Shown: piece by piece, positions 11,266-23,169 of the stretch | Layout of the letters: each line of letters begins with the position of its first letter | How positions within the stretch are numbered: position 1 is the stretch's first letter | NCBI RefSeq assembly: GCF_006345805.1 | Contig: NC_043000.1 | Span: 77,562,001 to 77,626,000, forward strand | Origin: Octopus sinensis | Lineage: Eukaryota | Length of the DNA stretch: 64,000 bases | Reading direction: 5' to 3' | Program-made: the position numbers and the translations under genes | The notes under the pieces: generated by a model | What the model saw: the letters and a program-made list of their open reading frames with translations, nothing else | Database searches by the model: none | What the model was told of the DNA's origin: nothing

Positions 11266-11980
11266 CCGAGGTTACCCACCCATACTCCTCTCTGATGCCC
11301 TCACCCGCGCCCGTCGCATCGACCGCACTACCGCCCTGTCTCCTTCCCCCCGCCCACCCCCCAACCGCACCCCCTTCCCCTCCTTTTCCACCCCTCTACC
11401 CTACCCCTTCGTCGCAAGATACTACGTGCCTTCCGTCGCCTCCAGCTTGATCCCACCACCCGCCCCATTTTCCCTAACCTACCCCTGTCCTCTTTCAAAC
11501 GAGCCCGCAATCTGCGTGACCTCCTGGTCCACAGCACCCTCTCTCTCCTTCCCCCTCAGCCCCACACGGATCATTCCTTTGCTCTAGATCCCGCTGCAAC
11601 ACTTGCCCCTTCACCAACACCACCCCGCTGTCACCGGCTCCAACCTGCACACTGTACGCATTAGGCACTCCTTTACGTGCACCTCGTCTGGCCTTATTTA
11701 CTGCATTAAATGCAACCTATGCGGGATGCTGTATGTAGGACAGACGGGACGCCGGTTGTCCGACCGTTTCACTGAGCACTTAAGGGACGTTCGCCTACAC
11801 TCTCTTTCTCCCGTCGCACGCCACTTCCGCTCGGCCGGCATTCCCTAGATGACATCTCAGTGTTTGGTCTCGCCCCCCACCAAGGTCGCCCACTTTCCAG
11901 GCTCCACTTGGAGCAACGCTACATCTTCACCCTACAAACTACCACCCCACACGGACTTAACACAGCCCCCTCCTCTTGAG
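11266..11980 (+). pseudogene. Penelope-like (Neptune-type) element C-terminal fragment: RT thumb, linker and GIY-YIG endonuclease
   Basis: RGYPPILLSDALTRARRIDR, RARNLRDLLVHS, CSRSRCNTC and LIYCIKCNLCGMLYVGQTGRRLSDRFTEH; frameshifted. Confidence 0.85.
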
Positions 11981-12004
11981 ATCTGTTTTTTTTTTTTTTT
12001 TTTT

Positions 12005-12239
12005 GCACACCACCCACACACACACACCCACCTGCCTCCCACACGCACACACCCCACCCACCTACCTCCCACACACACCCAACCACCTACCTCCCACACG
12101 CCTGTTCACACACACACATACGCAGACCCATTTACGTACATACATTCACACATTTAATCACACACACTTACAGACATACTAGCACACACTAACATACAAA
12201 CCAACATGCACATACACACACACATACATACATACGCAT

Positions 12240-12282
<43 letters not shown>

Positions 12283-14100
12283 TACATACACACATACACA
12301 CACACATACATACGCACATACATACACACACACTCACACACACACACCACCCGCACGTACATACTTCACACACACATGCAAACATACATGTAGGCACATA
12401 CATACATACATGCCCACACATGCACACCCTTACACTGAATGCACACACACATACCCTTTTTGCATCTAGGCAGCCCCCCCTCTTTTCTGCTTTCCGGTTT
12501 TGGCTGATGGATCCTCGGTTCCCGCGTAGCGGGGCGTTCGAGGGCCTTTGCGCTCGCGCGCCTTGGCGCGCGCTGGGGGCTTGGTCGGCCCCTTGGGCTT
12601 GCGTTGTACTGCTTGTGCGTTGTGTGCGTGAGCGCGCTTTGTGCGTGTGGGCTTGCTTCGGATGTGCGCGTACGTATGTATGCATACATACCCACACACT
12701 CGCATGCATCCCTACCCACATACATACACGCACACCTACTCACACACACACATACACACACATACCTGCACACACACACACATACATACATACACATACA
12801 TACCTACTTCAGACATACAACACACACAACATACACCCATACACTCACACTCACACGCATACACACACACACATACACACGCACACGTACACATACACAC
12901 ACCACAACCCTACATACATACATTACACTTGTATACACACACACTTACTTACATTCATACACACACACACCTACACAGCCATACCCTCACTCAGACACAC
13001 ACATCTACCTACACACACACACAAACACACACGGACACACACATATACTTATACACATGCACACACACACATACATACATACATACACCCATATACATAC
13101 ATACACACATACCCACATACTCCTATACGCACATACATACACAAAGACATACACACTTACACACTCACACAAACATACACACACACATACTTACACACAC
13201 ACTCACCTGCACGCGCACACACATGCATGACAAACACCCATACACTCACACTCACATACGCACACACCAACATAAACACGCACACGCACACACACCTACA
13301 CTCCCACACACATACACACGCACCTACATACACACACGCACGCATACACACGCATACACACATACATTACACACGTACACACACACCCACATACACATGC
13401 ATACACACACACACACAAACATGCACGGACACACCCAGACATACACACATACACCTATATACACACGCCCACACACCTACATACACACACATATACACAC
13501 GCCCACACACCTACATACACACACATACATACACACACATACACGGACACACCCACACATACTTACATACATACACCTATACACACACGCCTACACACCT
13601 ACATACACACACATGCATACACACACACACCATGTACGCACATACACACACATATACGCACATACATATATACCCACACACATGCACACACACACACACA
13701 TACGCACATGCATGCATGCATGCACACACGCACACCTACACGCATACACACACACACACGCACGTACACATACATACATACACACAGCATACATACAACC
13801 CATACACATACATGCATCCGACACACACATACATACACACTCACACATACATACACACACACACACTCACTCACAACACCTGTATGTACGCGCACACACA
13901 TGCACATACACACACTTCCCCACACCCACACGTACATACATACACACTCACACACATACACACACACACACGGACATACATCTATGCACACACATACATA
14001 CACACATACTCACATACATTCATCGGACACACTGCCACCCAGACATACACACAGACACACTCACACATCCACACACATACATACTTACGCGCATACTCGC
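12005..14100. repeat. Long degenerate (CA)/(CATA) microsatellite with an embedded GC-rich island
   Basis: Direct observation; the island lies at ~12460-12670. Confidence 0.9.
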
Positions 14101-14865
14101 AGGCACGCGCACATACGCACTTGCGCCGGCTCGCGCTGCATACGCGCCGCATACACCTCGCCCTTGGACCTGACGAGACCTCCCGCCTGTTCCTGGGACC
14201 GTCGCGTGTCGTTGGGTTTTCCCACGCCTGTCTCCGCGGTACCACTCTTCCATCTCCCCTCAGCTGGAGTCCTTTTTCCTTAAACCCCCCCCCTTTTTCG
14301 TTACACACACGCGCACACATATCACACCTTGCCTATATATATACATCACTCTTACACACATTCAATCTACTCGCCATTAATACCACCACGACACTGGACA
14401 CACACACACACTACTACTCAACACACGCTGGCCGCTACATACATACGCCCCCACCCCTTCCCCTCCCTCCCTTCCTCCTTCCTTCTTTTTCTTACTACTG
14501 ACCTCCCTTCCTCCTTCCTTCTTTTTCTTAGTACTGACCTCGTCTGCTAGCTGACCACTAGTCTCGCCCTACCTCACACGCCTACACACAGACGCACACA
14601 CTAACACACACATATTTTTTTGTTTTTTCATCTCGCCTCACACACACACATACACACACGCACATGCACACACTCACACATACACACACATCTGTTGGGT
14701 TACCAACCTTGTCTCCACTCTTTTGCCTTTAAAAACCCACTTTGCTCTTGTTATCGTCAACATCCGCCTTTCACCATGTGCAACTCGTAAACACCAGTCG
14801 TCTTTTTTCTCTTTCCCTGTTGCCCGCTCTGGGATCTTTCTTTCCTCTCTCTTCTTCTTCTTTAT

Positions 14866-14900
14866 GTTTCCGACGAAGAGCTCCGCTCGAAACGTCATAC
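14866..14900 (+). ncRNA. Minimal hammerhead motif, likely the pLTR of the Neptune-type PLE
   Basis: gttt CCGACGA a gagc-tcc-gctc GAA ACGT C atac; 4-nt palindromic stem III and GUC site. Confidence 0.65.
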
Positions 14901-15019
14901 CTCCCTGCTTCCATCTCCTGAGCGCCTATTAATAATAATACTGTAATTGTTCCTGTTGTTGTTGTTTTTTTTTTTTGTTTCCCTTTTGGATTAAAATTAT
15001 ATATATAATATATATATAT

Positions 15020-15085
<66 letters not shown>

Positions 15086-15228
15086 GTATATGTATGTTTT
15101 GTAATATAATTTTTCTGAATCTTCAGATTTTTCATATGCTACGCGCGCTGGTTTTAATTGATGTTAATTAAATTAATATTCAATTTTTCACCCTTATTAT
15201 TTAAATACACACACACACACACACAACA

Positions 15229-15276
<48 letters not shown>

Positions 15277-15586
15277 ACATATATCCATATATATTCACAT
15301 ATATATATATGTACTTATATATATGCATCTATTATATATATACACACATGTATATACATACATATTCGTATATTTGTATATTTACGTATATATGTCTGTA
15401 TGTACAAATATACATACATTGGTAAGTGAAGTATATTTAGTCGTTAATTTCGGTTGTTGACCTGATATAAATTGAATCTAAATTTGTACATATGAATTCA
15501 ATTATATTCACACCTACACAAACATATATATACATAATCTGATTTACATAGGCAAGCATGCCCAGTAGACTGAACAAACATGAAAC

Positions 15587-15664
<78 letters not shown>

Positions 15665-16159
15665 AGTATATAGCGTCATACAACTGCATAGTTACACATA
15701 CATATTCATATATGTGCGTCTATCTATCCATCCATCCATACATATATGCATATATACATACATACATACATGATATTTATTTGTACAGTTGTATGTTTAG
15801 GATACTGACCTCTGCGTCATATGTTCCAAGCTAAATTAGTTTCAAGATGTGTGTAATCATCCCTCCACACTATACACATACAAGGATATACAAACGCAAA
15901 CACAATATTTACAGTGAAATCGACAAAAAGAGTACAGTGTGCTTGACTTTAGGAGTGAACAAATCAGCGTTTCCGACGGAGTCCTTCTTCAGGGAAAAGA
16001 AAATATTGACGGCTTCTCTAAACGTTGGAATGTCTAGTTCCCCATGACGAGTTCTCTGTACTTACTTTAATTGATTTAACTAAATAACACATTTTGCCGA
16101 CAACAGAATCTCTTTGATCATTTATATATGTATGCATATATATATATATATATATATAT

Positions 16160-17100
16160 ATAACGTAAGGTGTAAGTTAGAGGTGTTAAGCCCTCTAAGG
16201 GATAGAAGTATCCAGAGGCACTCCTGGTAGTTAGCTCCGTTAGTGTGGTCCTTGGTATAAGGTATACAGCAGCAGATAATTTAAAAAGGTAAACCGTAGT
16301 TTAATGTATATGTAGACGATCAGGAAATGGAGGGAAAGCAACAAATAGAAGTGTATCTTTGATGCTAAAAAGGCATTATTTAATTAGTTAAGCAAGGTGA
16401 AAATATGAGTGTGTTTACAGCTGTCACTGTGTACCATATTGAGGTAAATATGTATTTACCTCGTCCCAAATGGTAGACGTCATCAGAACGAAGAAGGCAA
16501 AGATAGACAAAGAGGAGACTAGAGCGAAATGCAGAGGGAGAAATCGGAAAAGAAAATGTTCAATGATTCGAAAGTCTTACATTTCAGTTGGGTTCAAAGT
16601 TCATTAAATCCATTGTGAGGTAGTTTAAGAATAGAGGTTGGTTGAAACTGAAGTCTCGTAGTTATTAGCATGACTTCCACGTTACTGTCTGTTCGGCTAG
16701 TTGACTGCCGGTGTAATCTGAGGGAGTTATCCTTAATTAGGGATATTCGGTGTGGTTAATAGGAGCTATGTGTCCCTAACTCATAGGTTATAGGTAGTTC
16801 GTATATTTGCAAAGGAATCCGTAAATAAGGGTAAATTTCATATCTAGCAGGAGTACGATTTAGCGTGTAAAAACAAAGTATCGGAATAATATTTAGGTTT
16901 GAGGAGTGCAAAGACAAGGAAAAGAAAAAGATAGAAGAGGGGTACTTTAACGTGTAAAAAGAGTTGGTAGTTCTTGACTGAAAAAAATTATAGGAAAAAG
17001 GTAGGCTAGCGTAGAAAGTAGATTAGGTATATTAATATTTATTGATAATGTACCTTATGACATAAATACACTATTGGATTTGAATTTAACTTATCATTGT
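16160..17100 (-). mobile_element. Probable decayed PLE 3' end with a degenerate hammerhead (16413-16489)
   Basis: (TA)n-bounded block. Minus strand reads gtt CTGATGA-long hairpin-gtg ACAGCTGT A aac, with the GAA box mutated. Confidence 0.4.
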
Positions 17101-17116
17101 CTACCTCATCTCAATT

Positions 17117-17170
<54 letters not shown>

Positions 17171-17298
17171 ATATATAATATATATATATATATACCGGAG
17201 TAAACATATGAATGTGAAACAAGGTGGAAAAAAAGAGTACTCTAATACCAGTGGTAGAGTATATGCTTTATTTAAAGCAGCAGAAAATTCAACAAAAT

Positions 17299-17336
17299 CT
17301 GTTACTCTGAGTTTCTCGTTGCCGTTCATCAGACAG
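17299..17336 (-). ncRNA. Hammerhead ribozyme motif in the 3' pLTR
   Basis: Minus strand reads ctgt CTGATGA acg-gcaa-cga GAA act-cag-agt A acag. Confidence 0.75.
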
Positions 17337-18421
17337 TTTTTTGTTAGAATGGAACCGATATATCAATTCAATCCAGACTCTTACAAACGCTACACCTTTA
17401 AAAAATGGCCTTGTTTGATTGGCCCTTTAGAAATAACGGTCAATCTTCGAGCGATAAACAAAAAAATCAGCTCAAAAATATATATGTATATATATAAAAA
17501 AATTATAAAAATTATAAAATTCGAGGAAAAACCTTACATTGAATAAAACACATATTGTTAATGAAGGAAATATAATTAATACATAGAAATTAAAATGCAT
17601 TATAAATATTACACTGCAATACATATTCATATTAAAGTGTAGATATATATATATCAACATACACAGAAGGATGCGTGCAAACGCCATACATATACAGACG
17701 TATAAATATAAATCTAAAATATACACACAAATGCATGCATACATATATATACGCAATCTATCTCGGACGCAAGTTAAAATCATGGATGCTAATGTAGCGT
17801 TCCTTATTTACGGAGCAAAGCTTAAGCCATAAGTAAGTGAGAGGGACGTAAAGTTGTATGCACCAGTATCAGGTAGAGAAAAAAACGAAAGAAAGGAAGA
17901 GAGAGAAAAAGGAACGAAGAAGGGGGAAGGAAAAAAGAAAAAGGAGGGGTGGGGAAAAACGAAATAAGAAAAATTATGTATACAAGCTGTGTAACCACGT
18001 TATTAACATATATATAGAGACAAGTATACAAACACACAAGTTCAAATGGATACATACACATACAGACGTGTATGTGTGTGCTTAAGCACAAACATTTTGA
18101 CAACATTGCTTTTTTAAAAAGATGGTGAGTGCAATAATGAAAAATATACGAAAGACATAAAATATAACACCTTATTTTGGATCATCTATAAATTAAAAAT
18201 CAAAGTAATCCTATACAATACAATAACATGAAATAAACAAAGCCGAAGGTTTTTCCTAAGGTATATGTAGAAATATAAACAAAATAAACAAAATATATGC
18301 ATGAGACTTTGCTATACGGAATGAAATCTGCATAGCGCGAAACAAATCCATCGTCGCGTTTACATACTAGTCCAAGAGTCAAAATCAAAATTTCAAAAAT
18401 CAAAAATACAAAATATATACT

Positions 18422-20557
18422 CTATCCATATGGTATATTTATATTTGACATTTTAAATTTGGTTGCGTGTCTACATAAGCTCATCAGCTCACTTCTTTGA
18501 TTCAAAGAATTATTGTCTTTGAATAAAATATACAGTTTCTCTAATAGGCAAAGATTGCATTTAAAATTATTCCTGTGTGCTCCATGCCTGTATGGTGCCG
18601 CTCTGTCCAGAATGCTCCATGTCACGTTGAAAGGTGGGGCTTCCTTTTCTTTTAGTTCCCAGAAATATTTTGCTAGGCTGGTCCTCTTCCTATTCTCTGA
18701 GTATCTAAATGAATTTTTATGCGAATAAAATCGTGTTTTAAACGAAGTTTCTGAAGCCCCTGTATATGTCTTGTATTCCGATGAGCCTTTTATTTGTACC
18801 TTGGCTCTATAAACTACTCCTTTTACTAGACATTTCCCTTCTAACGGACAGGAGTTTTCATTTTTGAAATTACATTTCTTAATGGGCTCGGCACCATGTT
18901 TAATCTCAATCAGATTCCTATTATGCTGGCTAATGTAAGAGGCGAAATTTCTGCAACAAGAATAGCTAACCTTCAGGGTTCTTCTATTAAATATCCTATA
19001 GAATTTATGGCCCTGCTTAAAATGCTTAGAGACTAATCTCAAAAATTCCTTACCTACATTAGTGTTTACGGCCAAATTGAAAGCCGGGTTGAACCACAAA
19101 ACTTTCCTGGTCCTAGTTCTTCGTGCAGCATTATTACCAGCATTAAGCTGGCTGTATTGGATCTTCTCAGAGAATCCACTATTCTATAATGCGCTATCGT
19201 AATAAGGTGCAGCATTATGGAATGCTGCCTCGTCCGAAGAAATTGAAGGTATTCTTCTACCTACATTGCTGACTAAGCTCCTAAGGATAACTGGTGGATG
19301 GTTCGAATCTTTGCTAATATACGATAGCTTTTCATTGGGCTTACGGAAAGGTTTAGATCTATCCGACCTTACATTAAAATTTACGTCTAAAAAATCTACA
19401 CTATTCAGGTTAACATCTCTTGTAACCCGTAAGCCCATCCTTTGAAAGAAAGCAATAAGGTCCTTCCTAAGTCTATCTGATTCATGGCCGTTTAGATTAT
19501 GCGTGGCTATAAGGCCGTCATCCCTATATAAACCTGCATCTATAAATGGGAATTCTATTTTTAGATTATGAAGAATAAAGGCTCCTATGAGCATACATAA
19601 CTCAGCCCCGTCGTATGCCCCCATCGGTACATCGAAAAGAGAATCCTCACTCTTCTTAATCCAGGTGGAATCCTCGAAAAAAAGAAGTGATTTCCTCGCA
19701 TTCATAATAATATCAATTTCCGAGCTATCGATGCTGACATACTGCTTGGCGAAGTCCAGTGTCCTTAGGAGTAACGTCCTAGATATTGACGGGTAAAAGT
19801 CAATAATATCGAATTGTGTAAAACTGCAATTATTCTTAAAGCTAATATCTTTAAACCACTCTATGATTGACTTACTATTCTTCCAAATTCTCAAGTCTAC
19901 TTCACCATCTAACTTAGCTAAAATACGGTCCAAAATATTTTTGCTAATAATTCCTATCTCAGTTTTAGCCGGATTTATCAATCTACATTTGGGGTTTCTA
20001 TTAAAATTGGCTTTATGGTCTTTTAGAGTAATAAAAGCTGGTCGTGGTGAAAGATATTCAATCCTATCGCTAATCTTAAGATCGTTAGCTATTCCTCTTG
20101 CTTCTAAGTTAACCTCTTTGTATATATTTGTGTTATCTTTTTTGTATGTATCTGTGACACTATTCGAAATCAGGTGCTTATAAACGTCCTTATCAAGTGC
20201 ATACAAGTTCCTTGTCTTATCAGAATTAACGAAGATCTTATTCGAGTTGTTAAACTCCTTAATTTTTTCTCTCATATTTCTCTGTAATTGGTTGGTATAT
20301 TTGCGGAATTTAATTTTCCTAATAAGTTCGAAAAGGGCTTTCTCGAAGGCTTCTAATTCCGGAATAGGCGGCGGATTTCTGGGAGATTTAAGTCCATATT
20401 TGTTTCCGTCTGTTTTCTGTTTAGTATCAAAGAAGAAGGCTTTCCATCTCAATCTTCGAATAAACTCTTCCGTTTTCTCTATAAGACCTTTGAGATATTG
20501 CTTCTGTGCTGGGATAGGTATATTTTTCTGAGAAAAATCCAGCGGGTAAAGTTCCAT
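18422..20557 (-). pseudogene. PLE polyprotein: reverse transcriptase + C-terminal GIY-YIG endonuclease, one in-frame TAG at 19184-19186
   Basis: KNIPIP..RLRWKAFFF, FDIIDFYPSI, VPMGAYDG and YRDD; VVYRA..YTGASETSFKTRF; C-terminal CNLC..CRH. The two ORFs share a frame. Possibly Nematis-type (tentative). Confidence 0.9.
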
Positions 20558-20728
20558 CTTTTTCAGCTGTTTGTTCTTCCTACTTGTGCAGAGTCGCTCA
20601 ATCTTTCATAAGGAGCAGGTTACACCGGAGTAAACACATAAATGTGAAACAAGGTGGAAAAAAGAGTACTCTAATACCAGTGGTAGAGTAATATGCTTTA
20701 TTTAAAGCAGCAGAAAATTCAACAAAAT

Positions 20729-20766
20729 CTGTTACTCTGAGTTTCTCGTTGCCGTTCATCAGACAG
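20729..20766 (-). ncRNA. Hammerhead ribozyme motif in the 5' pLTR
   Basis: Identical to 17299-17336; ~170 nt upstream of the ORF ATG at 20557. Confidence 0.75.
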
Positions 20767-21819
20767 TTTTTTGTTAGAATGGAACCGATATATCAATTCA
20801 ATCCAAACTCTTACAAACGCTACACCTTTAAAAAATGGCCTTGTTTGATTGGCCCTTTAGAAATAACGGTCAATCTTCGAGCGATAAACAAAAAAATCAG
20901 CTCAAAAATAAATATGTATATATATATAAAAAAATTATAAAAATTATAAAATTCGAGGAAAAATCTTACTTTATATAAAACACATAATTTGATGTAAATA
21001 TGTGTATAGCCATGGATATGTATTTGTAAGCATGCGTCTCTGTGTATGTGTAAGTGAGCGTATGTTTGTGCTTAAGCACACACATACATGACTGTATGTG
21101 TATGTATCTATTTGAACTTGTGTGTTTGTATACTTGTCTCTATATATGTCAATAACGTGGTTACACAGCTTGTATACATAATTTTTCTTATTTCGTTTTT
21201 TCCCCACCCCTCCTTTTTCTTTTTTCCTTCCCCCTTCTTCGTTCCTGTTTCTCTCTCTTCCTTTCTTTCGTTTTTTTCTCTAACTGATACTGGTGCATAC
21301 AACTTTACGTCCCCCTCACTTACTTATGTCTTAAGCTTTGCTCCGAAAATAAGGAACGCTACATTAGCATCCATGATTTTAACTTGCGTGCGAGATAGAT
21401 TGTATATACATATGTATGCATGCATTTGCGTGTATATTTTATATTTATATTTATACGTCTGTATATGTAAGGCGTTTGCACGCTTCCTTCTGTGTATGTT
21501 GATATATATATGTACACTTTAATATGAATATGTATTGCAGTGTAATATTTATAATGCATTTTAATTTCCATGTATTAATTATATTTCCTTCATTAACGTC
21601 AATATGTGTTTTATTCAATGTAAGGTTTTTCCTCGAATTTTATAATTTTTATAATTTTTTTATATATATACATATATATTTTTGAGCTGATTTTTTTGTT
21701 TATCGCTCGAAGATTGACCGTTATTTCTAAAGGGCCAATCAAACAAGTCCATTTTTTAAAGGTGTAGCGTTTGTAAGAGTCTGGATTGAATTGATATATC
21801 CGTTCCATTCTAACAAAAA

Positions 21820-21857
21820 CTGTCTGATGAACGGCAACGAGAAACTCAGAGTAACAG
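21820..21857 (+). ncRNA. Hammerhead ribozyme motif in the inverted pLTR
   Basis: ctgt CTGATGA acggcaacga GAA actcagagt A acag. Confidence 0.75.
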
Positions 21858-21914
21858 ATTTTGTTGAATTTTCTGCTGCTTTAAATAAAGTATATATATA
21901 TATATATATATATA

Positions 21915-22791
21915 CAACTTTTAAATAATGGCAAACGAAAAAATTTCTAATGCCAAATATGCCGAAATTTGACAAATTGTCCATAACCATATAATTTTAC
22001 ACAATACGCACGCTACTTGAAAAAAGGTCGACAGAAATTTCTAAAAAATTCCATTACTACCATATCGGACCGATTTCAGGGTTAGTTCATAAGAACCTTC
22101 CCTTCGTCAGTGACAAATGTGGCAAAGAAATAAATGAGATACACTTACTCATACCCATGGAAGAAGCAAACACTAAATCATGAGCACAATTAAGTACCCC
22201 AAATACATCCAAAATAGAAATTCTCTAGCCCATTCAAGACACGTGCGATTTGAACTGAGGCTCTCACAGAGTGAGAGAGTCCGGAAGTGAACACTATTAA
22301 ATTTATATTTAATGTAGGATAAATTTTTTCGAAAAATTTTTTTATCAATGGCCAGCATATTAAAAAATACCTTTAAAGGCTAAATTTATAAGCAACTTAT
22401 AAATAAGGGCAAACGAAAAAATTTCTAATGCCAAATATGCCGAAATTTGACAAATTGTCTATAACGATATAATTTTTCACAATACGCACGCTACTCGAAA
22501 AAAGGTCGACAGAAATTTCTAAGAAATTCCATTGTTACCATATCGGACGAATGGAAGGTTCTTATCAACTAACCCTGAAATCGGTCCGATATGGTAATAA
22601 TGGAATCATTTAGAAATTTCTGTCGACCTTTTTTCGAGTAGCTTGCGTATTGTGAAAAATGATATGGTTATGGACAATTTGTCAAATTTCGGCATATTTG
22701 GCATTAGAAATGTTTTCGTTTGCTCTTATTTATAAGTTGTTTATAAATTTAACCTTTAAAGATATTTTTTAATATGCCGGCCATTGATAAA
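21915..22791. mobile_element. Non-coding PLE pLTR remnant with direct and inverted repeats
   Basis: 21915-22070 repeats at 22393-22548; 22341-22548 is inverted at 22583-22791; contains a hammerhead motif. Confidence 0.7.
22057..22116 (-). ncRNA. Type I hammerhead motif
   Basis: Minus strand reads ttgtca CTGACGA aggg-aaggttcttatgaactaa-ccct GAA atcgg-t-ccgat A tggtag. Confidence 0.65.
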
Positions 22792-23085
22792 TTTGTGATA
22801 CCATTAAAGTCAGGAACTTTTCAACACCCCCTCGTATATACGTGTGTGTGAGATAAAGGAACAAAACCAAGAAAAACTGCAAGAACGACAAGTTTTAACA
22901 AAGATGTTATTTATCTACCGTTTGAAATAAAAGGATTTTTAAGGCTTCGGACACTATTTCTTCATCAGAAAAACGAAGAAAGAAAGATAGTGGAAAGGAA
23001 GAACAAAAATGGTTTTGAAGCTGGTTTGGAATGTGACTCTGTAGGAAGTGCGAAGGTTGCACAAAATGAGAGAAGAGAGAGAGAA

Positions 23086-23129
<44 letters not shown>

Positions 23130-23169
23130 GAAGAAAAGTGAGAAAGAGCAATCTCTGATTTCAAACCTC

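Larger units (their letters stand above)
17195..21890 (-). mobile_element. Near full-length Penelope-like retroelement with direct and inverted pseudo-LTRs
   Basis: RT + GIY-YIG ORF; 17195-17537 repeats directly at 20625-20969; 17266-18095 is inverted at 21062-21890; both ends lie in (TA)n. Confidence 0.92.

Noticed and set aside
10970-11587. 205-aa ORF spanning the LINE antisense strand and the PLE
   Set aside because: It is a chance fusion across a head-to-head junction of two unrelated retroelement fragments.
12420-14501. 693-aa His/Thr-rich ORF and the overlapping 510-aa ORF
   Set aside because: CA/CATA repeats rarely generate stop codons, several frames are open at once, and no domain is recognisable.
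19184-19186. Selenocysteine recoding as reported for some Naiad PLEs
   Set aside because: The codon is TAG, not TGA, and the endonuclease is C-terminal, unlike Naiads.
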